Origin: Okamejei kenojei
Lineage: Eukaryota
Assembly: GCA_035221665.1 (NCBI GenBank)
Contig: CM069151.1
Location: 28,706,001 to 28,770,000 of the forward strand
Direction: 5' to 3'
DNA length: 64,000 bases
This document shows, piece after piece, positions 1-11,914 of this stretch (the first letter of the stretch is position 1; each line of letters opens with the position of its first letter). Under the pieces are notes generated by a model. The model had not been told where the DNA came from, searched no databases, and saw nothing but the letters and a program-made list of their open reading frames with translations. Made by a program: the position numbers and the translations under genes.

Positions 1-1789
1 ATCTGTCCAGAAAACACCTGTGGAATGCAAAGGCAATGTTATATAACTGTGTTAACATGGCCATCATTAGACAAACAATCCCTGCAATAAATCAAGGAAC
101 ACCAGTCACCAGTGATTAGATCTGGCCTTACCCATTTAACTTCCATTTTATTTTGTGATTAGAAGTTGCTGGAGATACAATGTAAAAAGAACAAAAATAC
201 CTGAGAACTGTGCAAATTTGACCCAGTGCACTGGGAACTTGGGTAAGAACGCTCACCGGACCTTAGCCATTTGTCATTTGGGGGGTCACATGGATGTGGA
301 CATCAATCCACACTTAAATGGATGTTTGCCCCGCTGTTACTCTGACAACAACTTTTAGGGCAACATATCTGCTTACTTAGTTTTGACTAGCCCCTGTTAC
401 CAAGAGGAACTGATTTTAATGAGTGCGACCTAAAGCAAGTAGTATTTATCTGAAATCCATTCCATTGTCACAGTCAACTCCCCATTCCACTGCTGTGAAA
501 TTGTATGTCTCCTCTGTGCACGAAGCCTTGTTTAAGGAATAAATCAGGTTCTTATGACTTACTGTACTGTATCTATCACCTGCTGCAGTAGACATGGATG
601 AATCTCATGGCACTGACACAGCACGTGTGCTGACAAACAGTGAGATGTCAGGAGCCACAGATGTAATTTTACATTCTGCACTACAGTTATAGTGCTGTTG
701 TCTCAGCTGAAGCATTTCTACTCGGATGCATAAACTATATACTGTAGAACTGAAGAAGAATTATTTCAAAACAAATCTATTTGTGCCTTTAAGCTGAAAT
801 CTATGCTACTCATCATCATATAGAGTAAAAGATCAATACTTCAATCGTGTGTCCCTTTCATTACCCATCAAATTATCTTAACAAAAAAAAGCCTGGTTAA
901 TAATTAAGGTTACACAAAATTATTGCTGTGTAACAACGACTCACTAAATTGTGAGCTTCATTCATAATCATGAATATAAACAGTGTTATTTTTGCTTAAT
1001 TTAAGGGCCACATATACAAGGTGTACACAGGAATCAAAATACTTAGGAAAATATAAGTAAACAATATATGTACAGAATATTACATAGATAGACATATGTA
1101 AATCCAAGTCTGCCATGGGCAAAACAGCTTTAGATTCCTGTTTTTACATTCTTAAAATTATGTAATTCCATTTATCGAGGTTAGGATCCTCTAGAAATAT
1201 GTAATAGTATTACTCACGACTGCACAGCCACAGATCCTCAGTTTTCTGCCTGGACAAATAACACCAGCACACTAATCACTCTGTGTCTCTGAGGTAGAGA
1301 GAAGCAGACTAAATGGAACTGAAATTAACTCATCCAACTTTGGTACATCTCCTTTCTCGATCTTTCGGTTTCATTGCCTTCACTTTCATTTCCAGTGGAC
1401 CTTGCCCGCTCTTTGACTAATTTAGAAACTGGCATTGCATGTTGTTAGATCATCATGTTGATAGCATCTTGACAGAAATATGAGCTGTGGAATTGGGGTT
1501 TCCCTGAGAATTCCGTGGGCAAATTAAACACATGCGTTTATTTTTCAGGTAAACTATCCTATTAAGATCTCTGATATCCTAAAGAAATTGACTATTCTAC
1601 AAGAGAATGACTATGTTGAAATAACACGGAAACACTGCATTAGGAAGACTGACAGAAACCTCTGGGAACCGCATGGAAACCTTGGGTGGGGCGCAAAGTC
1701 TCCAGAGGTTTCCGTTCAGGTTTCCTAAGTGGGACAGGGGCATAAAAGTTGCATTCTAATGATTGTAGCTATAGCCAATATACAATTAC

Positions 1790-1919
1790 AATAGGCAATA
1801 GGTGCAGGAGTAGACCATTCGGCCCTTCGAGCCAGCACCGCCATTCAATTTGATCATGGCTGATCATCCCCAATCAGTAACCCAGTTCCTGCCTTCTCCC
1901 TATATCCCCTGGCTCCGCT
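1790..1919 (-). mobile_element. CR1-type LINE 3' tail fragment
   Basis: Reverse complement of the tail ...ggctcgaagggccgaatggtctactcctgcacctattg, which also ends the CR1 fragment at 23350-23757. Confidence 0.7.
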
Positions 1920-2059
1920 CCAGTTATATAGTTACTATAGTTACTATATAACTGGATATCACGCAACAAATAAAGCTTTTCTCTGTACCTCTGTATGCGT
2001 GACAATAATAAAATAAACTAAAACATTAGAGTATAGTATCGGAGGGAGATTAATCTTCT

Positions 2060-2485
2060 GACTGAATGATTCCAGAACAAAACCTCACTCTCAATAACAA
2101 TAAAGCCAAGGAACTGACTATTACCTTTAGAAGAGGAAGGCAGAGGATTCACAAACCGGTTCGATGGTGGAGAGAGTCAACAACTTCAAATTCAGGGACA
2201 TGCATATTTCTGAAAATCTGTCCTGGACCCAGCACATTGATGCAGTCATAAAGAAAGCCCATTAACACCTCTACTTTGTTAGAAGATTGAGGAGATTTGG
2301 TATGCCCACGAATACCCTCCTAAACTTCTACAGGGCAACATAATTCAAGAGTATATTGACTGGTTGTAACATGGCCTGGTTCAGTCATTCAAAAGCCCAG
2401 GAATGCAGATTACAAAAAGTGCTGAACATTGCTCAGTCCATCACAGATACTGACCTACACACTATCAAAGGGATGGACAGGAGTC
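2060..2485 (+). mobile_element. Rex1/Babar-like LINE RT C-terminal fragment (decayed)
   Basis: KAKELTITFRR and LRRFGM-type motifs across frameshifts; similar to the minus-strand copy at 44498-45054. Confidence 0.7.
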
Positions 2486-2831
2486 TTCTCTGATTTTTTT
2501 TTTTTTTTGTAATTAGCCTGGTTTTGATGTGCCATATTTATAAAACTTCCCTAGGTTGCTTGAAAATAATATTTAAGTTCAAAAGGGAATTTTTTTTTTA
2601 AATGCTATGATTTCTGGGAAACTCCATTTGGAAATCCCCCCTCTGTCACATAACTGAAAGTAAGGGAAAATAATCAAAATTCATACTATCTTGTTGCTTG
2701 GCTCCTTGGCCTAAATTTCACAAAGAATTATTAATAGCTTTTGGTGGAACTGCTGGCATTTCTCCTCTTACAGTAAGTGTTGGGAATGAAAGGACCCCCA
2801 TGCAAACATAAATACATTGAACCTCCTGATT

Positions 2832-3052
2832 GGTATCTGGGGGATATTGCTAACAAAGTAATGGTTCTTGCACTTGGTAAGACCTGTCTAGATATTTAAC
2901 GTGGATGGGTATTTGGGGGATTTTGCTAACAATGCTCGCGTTCCTGGACTTCAGAAGTCCTGTATAGATATTTAACGTGGATGGGTATTTAAGGGATTTT
3001 GCTAAAAATGTTCTAATTCCTGGACTTCACAAGACACGTACAGAAATTTAAC
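2832..3052. repeat. Diverged 76-bp tandem repeat, about 3 copies
   Basis: Units start at 2832, 2908 and 2984; shared gggatt(a/t)tgctaa...gatatttaacgtggatgggtattt. Confidence 0.8.
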
Positions 3053-3509
3053 TGCATTCCAAATTAGAAAGTACGAGTCGGGGTTGCTCATGAAGGAGGC
3101 CCCGAACAGGGGGAACAGTGGGGAACAATAGAGGAAGAGACTGGCTTTGGTGCCTTCCCTCACAGTGGGAAACTTTGATCCTGCTGCATGGGGATGTTTT
3201 ATGTTGCATTCTATCAACTCTATGCTGTGTTCTTTATTTTACTGTATGGCTGCATGGTGATTACATTTCACTGTGCCAATTGTATCTTGTATCTTGTACC
3301 CTGAACTCTACTGGAGGTGTTAAGTAGCCCACCTAACAAAATGTAACAGCAAGGTAATGCAATTTAAAAATAGTGTACTTCTTATAGAATAATTTGTGTT
3401 AGAGAACAATCAAAGATTGTGGATGAAGCAGTAAATGAGATGTTGGGTTGTTAGCAAGGGTGATATCACTCAGGGCATGGGATGCTTATAACGCGATGCA
3501 TGGAGGAAG

Positions 3510-3700
3510 CTGGGAGAGCTGCTGCCCCGTGGTTCCAGAGATCTGGATTCGATCCTGTACACGTTCTCCCCGTGACCGCGAGAGTTTCCTCTAGGTGTGT
3601 TTGGTTTCCTCCCACATCACAAAGACTCAAGTGCGGTTGTAGGTGGCCCCGCCAAACTTGTGGACGATTAGATTGGGAAAAGTCAGCGGCCGCTTGTGGA
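3510..3700 (+). mobile_element. tRNA-derived V-SINE (HE1-like) fragment
   Basis: B-box-like gattcgatcc followed by V-domain-like cgttctccccgtgaccgcg...gtttcctcccacatc..aaagac. Confidence 0.6.
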
Positions 3701-3723
3701 ACTGTTGACAAATCTCAAGAAAA

Positions 3724-3925
3724 AAGACACAAAACGCTGGAGTAACTCAGCGGGTCAAGCAGCATCTCTGGAGAGAAGGAATGGGTGACAGAATGAAGAA
3801 GGGTCTCGACCCGAAATGTCACCCATTCCTTCTCTCCAGAGATGCTGCTTGTACCGCTGAGTTACTCCAGCATGCTGTGTCTATCTTCGATTTAAACCAG
3901 CATCTGCAGTTCCATTCCTACACAT
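3724..3925. mobile_element. Penelope-derived foldback unit with hammerhead-like motif
   Basis: Inverted arms; flanking direct repeat atctcaagaaaa at 3712-3723 and 3926-3937. Confidence 0.8.
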
Positions 3926-4435
3926 ATCTCAAGAAAATCTGAGTCCAAGTTCCAAAAAAAATTTTTAATATATATTTTTCGAAAAAAAAAAAACAATAAA
4001 GTCAAACCAAGTCAAGCCGTCGAGTTTATTATCATATGCACTATCGTGGTGAAGTACAGGTATGAGGGAAATGTTGCTTGTAGCACCATCACAGGTACAT
4101 AGACTCAGACAGCACACAAAATATACAATAAATTCTATAGTCCAATTAAAACAAAACGTCTGCAAAAAAGGGACATAATACAAAAATTACACAATCAGGA
4201 ATACATAATCACGATACACCATGGATGAATTATTTAATATGATCCAGTGGATTCTTAGTACTAGTGCCTGATCCACTCACATGGGCGTCGTTGATCGAAT
4301 GGTTGGCGGAAGGGAACGGAACCAGAGGGTTGTGGTCGCATTTGGGTCCACACTGCAACGGAAACTTGGATAAATAGGTGAAACAATCAAAATAACTCGT
4401 ATTGAATCTGCAATAAAGCACAGGAATGTAGTCTC

Positions 4436-4441
4436 TTTATT
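4436..4441 (-). promoter_or_regulatory. Candidate polyadenylation signal of the tetraspanin gene
   Basis: AATAAA on the minus strand about 780 nt downstream of the stop codon, after an AT-rich UTR-like tract. Confidence 0.4.
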
Positions 4442-5214
4442 CATTTTACGATGGGAATATGGGCATTGCCATAAGGTTTTCTGCTCTCGGAGTTACTTCG
4501 ATGAATTTGGTTATTTACATTCAAATCCCCCATTGCACAGTGAAACATCTGAGGACTTTAAAGGCGCTATATAAATGCAATTTGCGCTTGTTTAAACCAA
4601 TATACTTCAGAAAATTAAACCTGGAAGGTGTATAATTTTAAAGTCCTTCTAGTATTTTTGTTTGTTTATATTGTCTTTAATGCTTATCCTTTCATTTGTA
4701 TGGCCCTTGAATCTCTGGGATATTTCGCTGTGTGCCGATCAGCTACCTATGTCTACGCATTTTGCAAATCATTTGTAAAACAATCTATGTTGACAAAGGT
4801 TTGTCTACTTTGAAGACCTCGAGGTTATCAAGGTATGGCTACGTTGAAGAAGTCCTCCTCCTCTGTCCGACTTTTCGTTTTAACAAAAGGTGGGATTATC
4901 TGTACTCTCTAATTCGAGCCCAAAAATAAAGTTTGTCGTACTCTTTGTACTTAATGCAACGCGGGAAAACTAGTAGGTTAATTTTATATTTTAATATTCC
5001 CTTGATTCCTGAAAAGGGAATGGTTTTGGGCATTCTAATTTAAACTCTCTCTTAATTGATTCGCATTTAAATTGCTAATCATTTAAAACTTGGCAAAATA
5101 GTCCGGTTACATCATACGTTTTTTTTTTACAAGACGTGTTTGTTTGCGGGATTTACGCATCATCGTGTTTTCTTCCCCCACTGGTGATGGTTTGGAAAGG
5201 TCCAGAGTCCAAAT

Positions 5215-5949
5215 TCAGAGCGGGGCAGTTCTGTCCTCCTGGAACTCGGCTCTGGGGATTCTTGAAGCCAACAAACATGCCAACACAATTCCAACCACTT
5301 GTACCACAGCCAACCCCAGCGCCCCGACGGCAATGTAAAACAGGTTGTCGTTCACGAAATTGTAGATTTTCTTGAAGCAGCCTTCCTTGTAAATGCCCAT
5401 GGCACCTGGAATGACCGGGTTGTTCTCGCACCCCCTCCGCACCGTACAGCAGCTCAAAGGGACCGAACCGTTCCCCATTTGCTGTTCAGACCAGGGCGAG
5501 AGAACCCAGTCCTTGTAGCTTTCCACCCCACAGCAGTCCAGGGTGCGCTGAATGTCGTCGATAGCGTCGGCTTTTTCCTCGTCTTCTCCGTACACCTGGA
5601 TGGTCTCCCCCAAGCCATTGCGAAAGCCCTCGGCTATATCCTTACGGTAGAACAGGGCAGAGAAGCCGGCGGACAGTCCCCCGATGAGGAGCGCCATCTG
5701 AAACACCCCGTAAGTCCTGAGAAGGCATTTGTGTTCCGTGGCAGCGCTGAAGCATCCGAGGAAGCCCCAGAGAATGACGGCGGCTCCCATGGCGAGAAGG
5801 ATGTGGGGGGTGTTGGGGTAGTCATTGGTGGACAACTCCAAATAGCTGCCGAGTGAGATCTTCGCCCAGATACCAATGGTGAACACGGTTAGACCAGCCG
5901 TCCAGAAGACGAAGCTAAAAGCCATCAAGGTCAGTTTGAGCAAAGCCAT
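5215..5949 (-). CDS. Intronless tetraspanin, TSPAN6/7-like, 244 aa; ORF stays open upstream to an ATG at 6339 (374 aa)
   Basis: Four hydrophobic TM segments, GFLGC intracellular motif, large loop with CCG, PxSCC and EGC (six cysteines); uninterrupted ORF. Confidence 0.9.
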   Translation of the reverse strand: MALLKLTLMAFSFVFWTAGLTVFTIGIWAKISLGSYLELSTNDYPNTPHILLAMGAAVILWGFLGCFSAATEHKCLLRTYGVFQMALLIGGLSAGFSALFYRKDIAEGFRNGLGETIQVYGEDEEKADAIDDIQRTLDCCGVESYKDWVLSPWSEQQMGNGSVPLSCCTVRRGCENNPVIPGAMGIYKEGCFKKIYNFVNDNLFYIAVGALGLAVVQVVGIVLACLLASRIPRAEFQEDRTAPL

Positions 5950-6401
5950 TGTGCCTTTACTGGTCCTCGCTGGCTGCCATGTACAAGAATGTAAGCCCAA
6001 CACTTTGGGGCTGCAATTAGCGAGAGAAGACTCAGAGGCAAGAGATTCCTCCCGTGGTCGACCCGGTTGCTCTGGACAAGCGTGGCCCTGGGGAAGATCA
6101 CATTGCACCGCCTCGCAGACGCTGGTGGCATCGCTGGAAGCAGGGAGGTCGCATTTCCTCAGCCCAGCTATGGAGCTCCTGTCGGCGTGCAGCCCGGGAT
6201 AAGCTTGGGCTGTCCCACTGGGTATTCGCGGAGAGGGCGTCCTCTTCCCCTGTCTGTCGCTCACCGCTTCCAGCGAGTCCTGCCTTCCAGACAATAGGTT
6301 CATCCTTGGAAGATCCTCAAATGGTAATTCGTTTGTCATGGTTTTATGTTTTATGGACTGTTGTTAATATTGTAAACTCTTAACATGAAGGATGACCGAT
6401 A

Positions 6402-6479
6402 GGAAATGGCGCGGAAAATAGCACAATTTAAGGCGCTGGTCGTTCAGGTCAACCAGAAGCCACTTGACATTTATAAATG
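6402..6479 (-). promoter_or_regulatory. Candidate tetraspanin core promoter
   Basis: Palindromic CATTTATAAATG (TATA on either strand) at 6468-6479 and E2F/YY1-like TTTTCCGCGCCATTT at 6404-6418. Confidence 0.3.
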
Positions 6480-6684
6480 CAGAGGAGATGAACAGGGATT
6501 TCACGAACACCACACGCATACAAAATCAATTTGCTAATTAAACTGACTACAGTTTAGAAATTAAACTTCTCTAGGACTACAATTTATGATCAATCTGTAT
6601 TTATTCTATATTTTTTCCTTTTTTGCATTAGAGGGTAAACTGGAAATATAAATTGCAAAAACAAACCATATTGCACCTTATCAA

Positions 6685-6815
6685 TCGATCTGAAGAAGGG
6701 TCCCGACCCGAAATGTCACCTATCCATGTTTTCCAGAAATGCTGGCTGGCCAGCTGAGTTATTCCAGAATTTTATGCCTTTTTTTGTGAACCAGCATCTG
6801 CAGTTCCTTGCTTCT
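6685..6815 (+). mobile_element. Penelope-derived monomer with hammerhead-like motif
   Basis: CTGAAGA-A-GGGTC-CC-GACCC-GAAA-TGTC at 6690-6717 followed by the family tail ending gcatctgcagttcctt. Confidence 0.75.
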
Positions 6816-7539
6816 GTACCTTAACGTACAGGTAGTTCTGCTTTTGAAACCATATTTGTTATGTTACATTTAGCCCGCTGCGGGAAAAGCAAGCGGCAAG
6901 ATTTCACAGCATCGCCCCCTTCCATATTAAATATTACAGCCTGCCATATAAATCAAAGAACACTTAGTTGAAAAGTGGACGCTAAACACTTCTATTTTGG
7001 ATCCAGCTATCGGTGGTTATCCACCAGTTACAGTGAAATGAATGGACGACTCGCTGTAAGCAGCAACAGTCCTTGTATCTTTATTGACGGCGGGCCACAG
7101 ATTACTTTGATTAATACATTCCCAGAGTGTTCCGCATTGTGAGTTTTCTGAATAGATGCGGCGGCTGCAGAAGCAAGATAAACATAGCAGTGGAGTGTAT
7201 TTAAAGCAAGGATCTTCAAACGTAATCCTCCTCCTCCGCCCTGCCATTACTTAAACAGTGTGTGTTTATCCTAATGCGGTTTATCTGCATCTAAACATTA
7301 AAATATTTTTGTGCCTTACTTATCCACTGGTCATATCAAATATCACATACGCTGTCCCATGTGAATGGTGAAAATGATATATTGATGGTTTCTATTTCCA
7401 GTACCCGATCTGTGACCGCAAATTACGTTTTATTTTAAATTCCCTTTCCTGGATAAAGAATATTCATGTCCCATTTGACGCAAAGCTCGCTTCCTAAATA
7501 CGGGGTGCATCCCTTTTTCCGTTGCCTTGTCGAGAAAAG

Positions 7540-7985
7540 GACACAAAGTGCTGGTGTTCTCTAGAGAACATGGAAAGGTGACGTTTCGGGTCTTCAGACT
7601 GAAGGGTCGCGACCAAAATGGTCATCTATACATGTTCACCAGAGATGCTGCCCGAGCCGCTGTGTTACTCCATCACTTTGTGCCCTTTTGAGTAAACTAG
7701 CATCTGCAGTTCCTTGTTTCTACATGTGGATGTGTAGGAAGGAACTGCAGATGCTGGTTTAAAACAAAGATAGACGCAAAATGCTGGAGTAACCCAGCGG
7801 GACAGGCAGCATCTCTGGAGAGAAGGAACAGGTGAAGTTGCGGGTTGAGACCCTTTTTCAGACTGAGAATTGGGGGAAAAGGAAACGAAAGATATAGACG
7901 GGATGTAGAAAGATATGGAAGATACGCAAAAAAGTAACGATGATGAAGGAAACACCATCGTTAGCTGTTTGCAAGGTGATGCGTA
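7540..7985. mobile_element. Cluster of Penelope-derived units (a foldback plus a minus-strand copy)
   Basis: Same family consensus present in both orientations. Confidence 0.75.
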
Positions 7986-9039
7986 GAGAACTATGTTTAC
8001 AGATTACAAATGCTCCGTGTAAATAGGTATGCCTAGATAGACGGGACTGAGTCCGCCCACTTCCACCCTTACCTAGACACAAAATGCTGGAGAAACTCAA
8101 CTGGTCTCCATCCTTGACTATCCCGTGTTACTCAATCGCCAGTAATTATTTCACTTCCCATTCATGTTTTGTTTTCTGGTGTGCCCTTTACTGGTTCCCA
8201 ACTTCCATTCATCTGCCCCCTCCCTCTGTAACATAACTCTAAGTTGTTATATTAAGTTCTACACGAACGCAGAAAACATCCACTTCTACATCACTTCTCG
8301 ACCTGTCATTGTGTCCGTTTGAGATACAGACCCAACGGGACAGGCGGAGGACGATGGCTGACTTTAGTGGAGCGTCACGACGGCTGGGAAGATGGATGAA
8401 GGCTGCAGCAGAAGAGGGTCTCCGGTCATATTGCACTCCATGACACTGGATCCTGACCCAGATCTGTCAAGGACCGTGGGGTGGCTGTCTGTGCACCCAC
8501 GTTAAACAAAGTCACGCACAGGCATCCTCCAAGAGAGGACAGTCATACTCGTGACCTCCGATGATACAGAGCTAGAAGAGGTAAAATGTACTCCTGGACT
8601 GAGGCTGATCCAGGTGGTTCTTATCCACCCAATCAAATCGGAAATGAATTTACATAAAATTGGATAATGTAATGCACCCCCCCCCCCCCCCCCCCCCCCC
8701 CCCCCATCCTTTGCTCCATTTGGATTTGCACCCATTTCTCATTCTCCTCCCTCTGTCACCTTCCATCTGTATTCCTTCCTCTGGCTTCACAAATTGCACC
8801 TATTCGGTCTTTATCTCCCTAGCTCACATTTTTTTGTCTTTTTATCTCCAGCCTTTGTTCAACCATCTGGCGATCAATAATCCAACTCAACTGTATCCAC
8901 ATAATACTCACCAAACTTTGTTTGCCTCCACCTCTCTTCCAGCTCCCCCCCCCCCCACCCCCACCCCCAGCCTTATCCATCCTTGTTCTCCAGCGATACT
9001 TCCTGACCAGCTGAGTTTCTTCAGTACTTAATGTTATAG

Positions 9040-9550
9040 AAGTAGAATTAGGCCATTCGGCCTATGGAGTCTACGCCATTCAATCATGGCTGATCTCTAC
9101 CACTTCATTCCATTTTCCTGCCTTCTCCCCATAACCCTTGACACCTGTTCTAATCAAGAACTTGACTATCTCTGCCTTGGCCTCCACAGATTAACTACCC
9201 TCTGACTAAAGAAGCTCGTCCTCACCTTTTTAAAAGTGCGCCCTTTAATTCTCAGGCTATGACCTCTGGTCATAGACTCTCCCACCAGTGGAAACATCCT
9301 TTCCACATCCACTATCTATGCCTTTCATACTCTGTAAGTTTCAATTTGTCCCCCTTCAACCTACTAATCTCGAGCGAGTAGAGGCCCAGTGCTATCAAAT
9401 GCTCTTCATATGCTAACCCACTCATTCCTGGAATCATTCTTGTAAACCTCCTTGGACCATCTCCATTGCCAGCACATCCTTCCTCAGATATTGGGCCCAA
9501 AATTGCTCACAGTACTCCAAATGCAGCCTGACCAGTGCCTTATAGCACCA
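9040..9550 (-). mobile_element. CR1 LINE 3' fragment
   Basis: RRFTRMIPGMSGLAYEE..LGLYSLE CR1 RT C-terminus plus 3' tail. Confidence 0.85.
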
Positions 9551-9816
9551 TAGCCCAATTTGTGTCTTTAATCGTCTGAAAGCTGCATGCCATTCAGGTT
9601 GGACAATACCCACGAGAGGTGGGTATTTCCCAAACTAGCATAATACTTCAATATAGACTTTCATAATAATAATGAAATAGGCATGAGCCCAAGGACATTG
9701 ATTTTTTTGTAAATTCCATTGGCAAAGAATGCAGCATTGCAACTAATGGAGTCATGGAGTATCACCAGTTGCAAGTTCTATATTTCCACATGTTTGGACC
9801 TGCCAGATGTTACTGT

Positions 9817-10042
9817 GTAGGAAGGAACTGCAGATGCCAGTTTAAACCGCAGATAGACACAAAAACCTGGAGTAACTCATCAGGTCAAGCGGCATCTCTG
9901 GAGAAAAGTAATAGGTGACGTTTCAGGCCGAGATCCTTCTTCTGAAGGGTCGGAATAAGGGTCTCGACCCGAAACATTACCTATTCCTTTTCTACAGAGA
10001 TGGTGTTTGACTCGCTGAGTTACTCCAGCTTTTTGTGTCTAT
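9817..10042. mobile_element. Penelope-derived foldback unit
   Basis: Inverted arms; exact 17-bp TSD ctgccagatgttactgt at 9800-9816 and 10043-10059. Confidence 0.85.
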
Positions 10043-11526
10043 CTGCCAGATGTTACTGTCAGCTTTATCCATGAATAAACATGAAGAGCAAAAGTCTTGC
10101 TATTGTTAATCACAGGATATAGGCCCGTAAATGATGCAATGCTAAATAGTATAATGCTTCGGATATAATAAAACAGTAACAAAATTTAGTAATGCTATTG
10201 AGATCTCTTGATATTACTACATTTTGTTAGTTTCATTTTGTCAGAAGCATGTAAGTAAGTAAGTTTATTGGCCAAGTATTCACATACAAGGAATTTTGCC
10301 TTGGTGCTCCGCCCACAAGTAACAACATGGCATACAGTTACAGTTACGAATGACTCAGATAACACTAAACATTAATAATAATAAAACATTAATATTAAAA
10401 AGAATCCACATTATTACTTCAGTCAGAAAAGTAGACCTCAAAAAAATATTTGGAAGCTAATGAAAAGTAAATATCAATAGTAAGTGTTGGTTATTTTATG
10501 ATAAAAACATTATATGCAATCATGTAGTCACCATTTCATACTGATAGTTTGTGCTCACTGAAAAAAAGATGCCAGTGCACGTTGGTAATCCTTCGTTTAG
10601 CATCACACTTACACATAATGAGCTGGCTTTTGTCCTCCATACCTATTATGAAATTGTTCTATTATTCGTCGAAGAGTTACTGCCTGAGGCGTACTTAGAA
10701 TCATAGAATGATACATCATGGAAGGGGACAATTCAACCAAACATGTCTGTGCATGCGCTTAATTAACCAAACTGTCCCACTCTGTAATCAGTCCCCACAG
10801 CCATGGAGAAAGGGAGCCATTCTCCCCCTTCATATATTGATCAGATTTCCTTTTGAAATCTACTGTCGAGTCTGCCCTTAACTCATATCTTTTTGTTGCC
10901 TCCAGCTATTCTGCCAAACAGCTTAAATACATAAATCCTTAGATTATTACAACGTACCAAAAGGAACAGTAAACTTAAAATCTACCTCTATGGAAAACTT
11001 CCTACCCATCAGTTCCCAACGTCTATCCTGGAGACAATGTTATACTATTCATCTCAAAAATTCCTTTCACTGCTGCTTCATAATTTCTATCTCTTCGGCA
11101 CTTATGCAGCCACATTGTCAAAGTAACTTAGGCTTTAGTTATATTTGCAAGTATATGCTGTGTTTCTGTCATTCTTCTGAATGTTAAGACGAACGACATG
11201 CCTCATATCAACCTTCTTAAACCTTCTTAATCATATCAGTTGGAACCACGTTAGTCAAAAACAATTAGCCTTTAATTAAATCCATGCTAACTTTAATTAA
11301 ACAGCCCTTATTTTCAGGTTGTCTATTAATTTTATTTTAGATTCTAGTCTCTTTGTTCCCTGATGGCTGATCATAATATCAGAGTTATACTCTGTTTTTG
11401 TATTGCATTAATTGAAACCATCGAAAGCACAGGAATCTGGCAGGAGAATTGAAGGGGAAAGTAAAATGCATAGCAAATTTGATAGGCAAAGGGGGGAATT
11501 AGATGACAATGAATGATAAGAATGAT

Positions 11527-11660
11527 CACCAATTTGAAGAAGGATCTTGAGCCGAAACGTCACCCATTCCTTCTCTCCAGAGATGCTGCCTGTCCTACTG
11601 AGTTACTCCAGCTTTTTGTGTCTATCTTCGGTTTAAACCGGCATCTGCAGTAGACTACAC
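11527..11660 (+). mobile_element. Penelope-derived monomer
   Basis: Begins at the hammerhead-like motif; 11-bp TSD ataagaatgat at 11516-11526 and 11661-11671. Confidence 0.8.
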
Positions 11661-11914
11661 ATAAGAATGATTAAGACAGGAACTCAAAAGGAGGATGGGC
11701 AAGTCAGGGGAAATTTGGATCCAATGTTTTCGTGGGAGTCAAATGGGAATTTCAAATGTCGTTGATACCCTTTGAGTATAATGTATTAAACATTAACTAG
11801 AAGGACTTAATATTTTTAAAGTTAAAATAATTGTAAGATGCATATTCGCTCGGTTGTCCAGCAGCATTTTTTAACCTTGAACTTTTGGTTTTACCTCTTT
11901 AGACTTTTGTTTAC

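Noticed and set aside
155-358. 67-aa ORF or exon of an upstream neighbour gene
   Set aside because: No recognisable homology or convincing splice-bounded frame on either strand
1920-1955. 36-bp near-palindrome (also a 13-bp-stem hairpin at 25984-26013)
   Set aside because: Short AT-rich structures, one at a TE junction; most simply repair or slippage scars
8330-8570. Possible RTE-type 5' region or HDV-like ribozyme
   Set aside because: Resemblance from memory only; no adjacent ORF and no HDV fold could be traced
8677-8705. Long poly-C runs (also 36086-36114, 43023, and poly-G at 61707) as G-quadruplex elements
   Set aside because: Simple homopolymers common in these genomes, with lengths unreliable in assemblies
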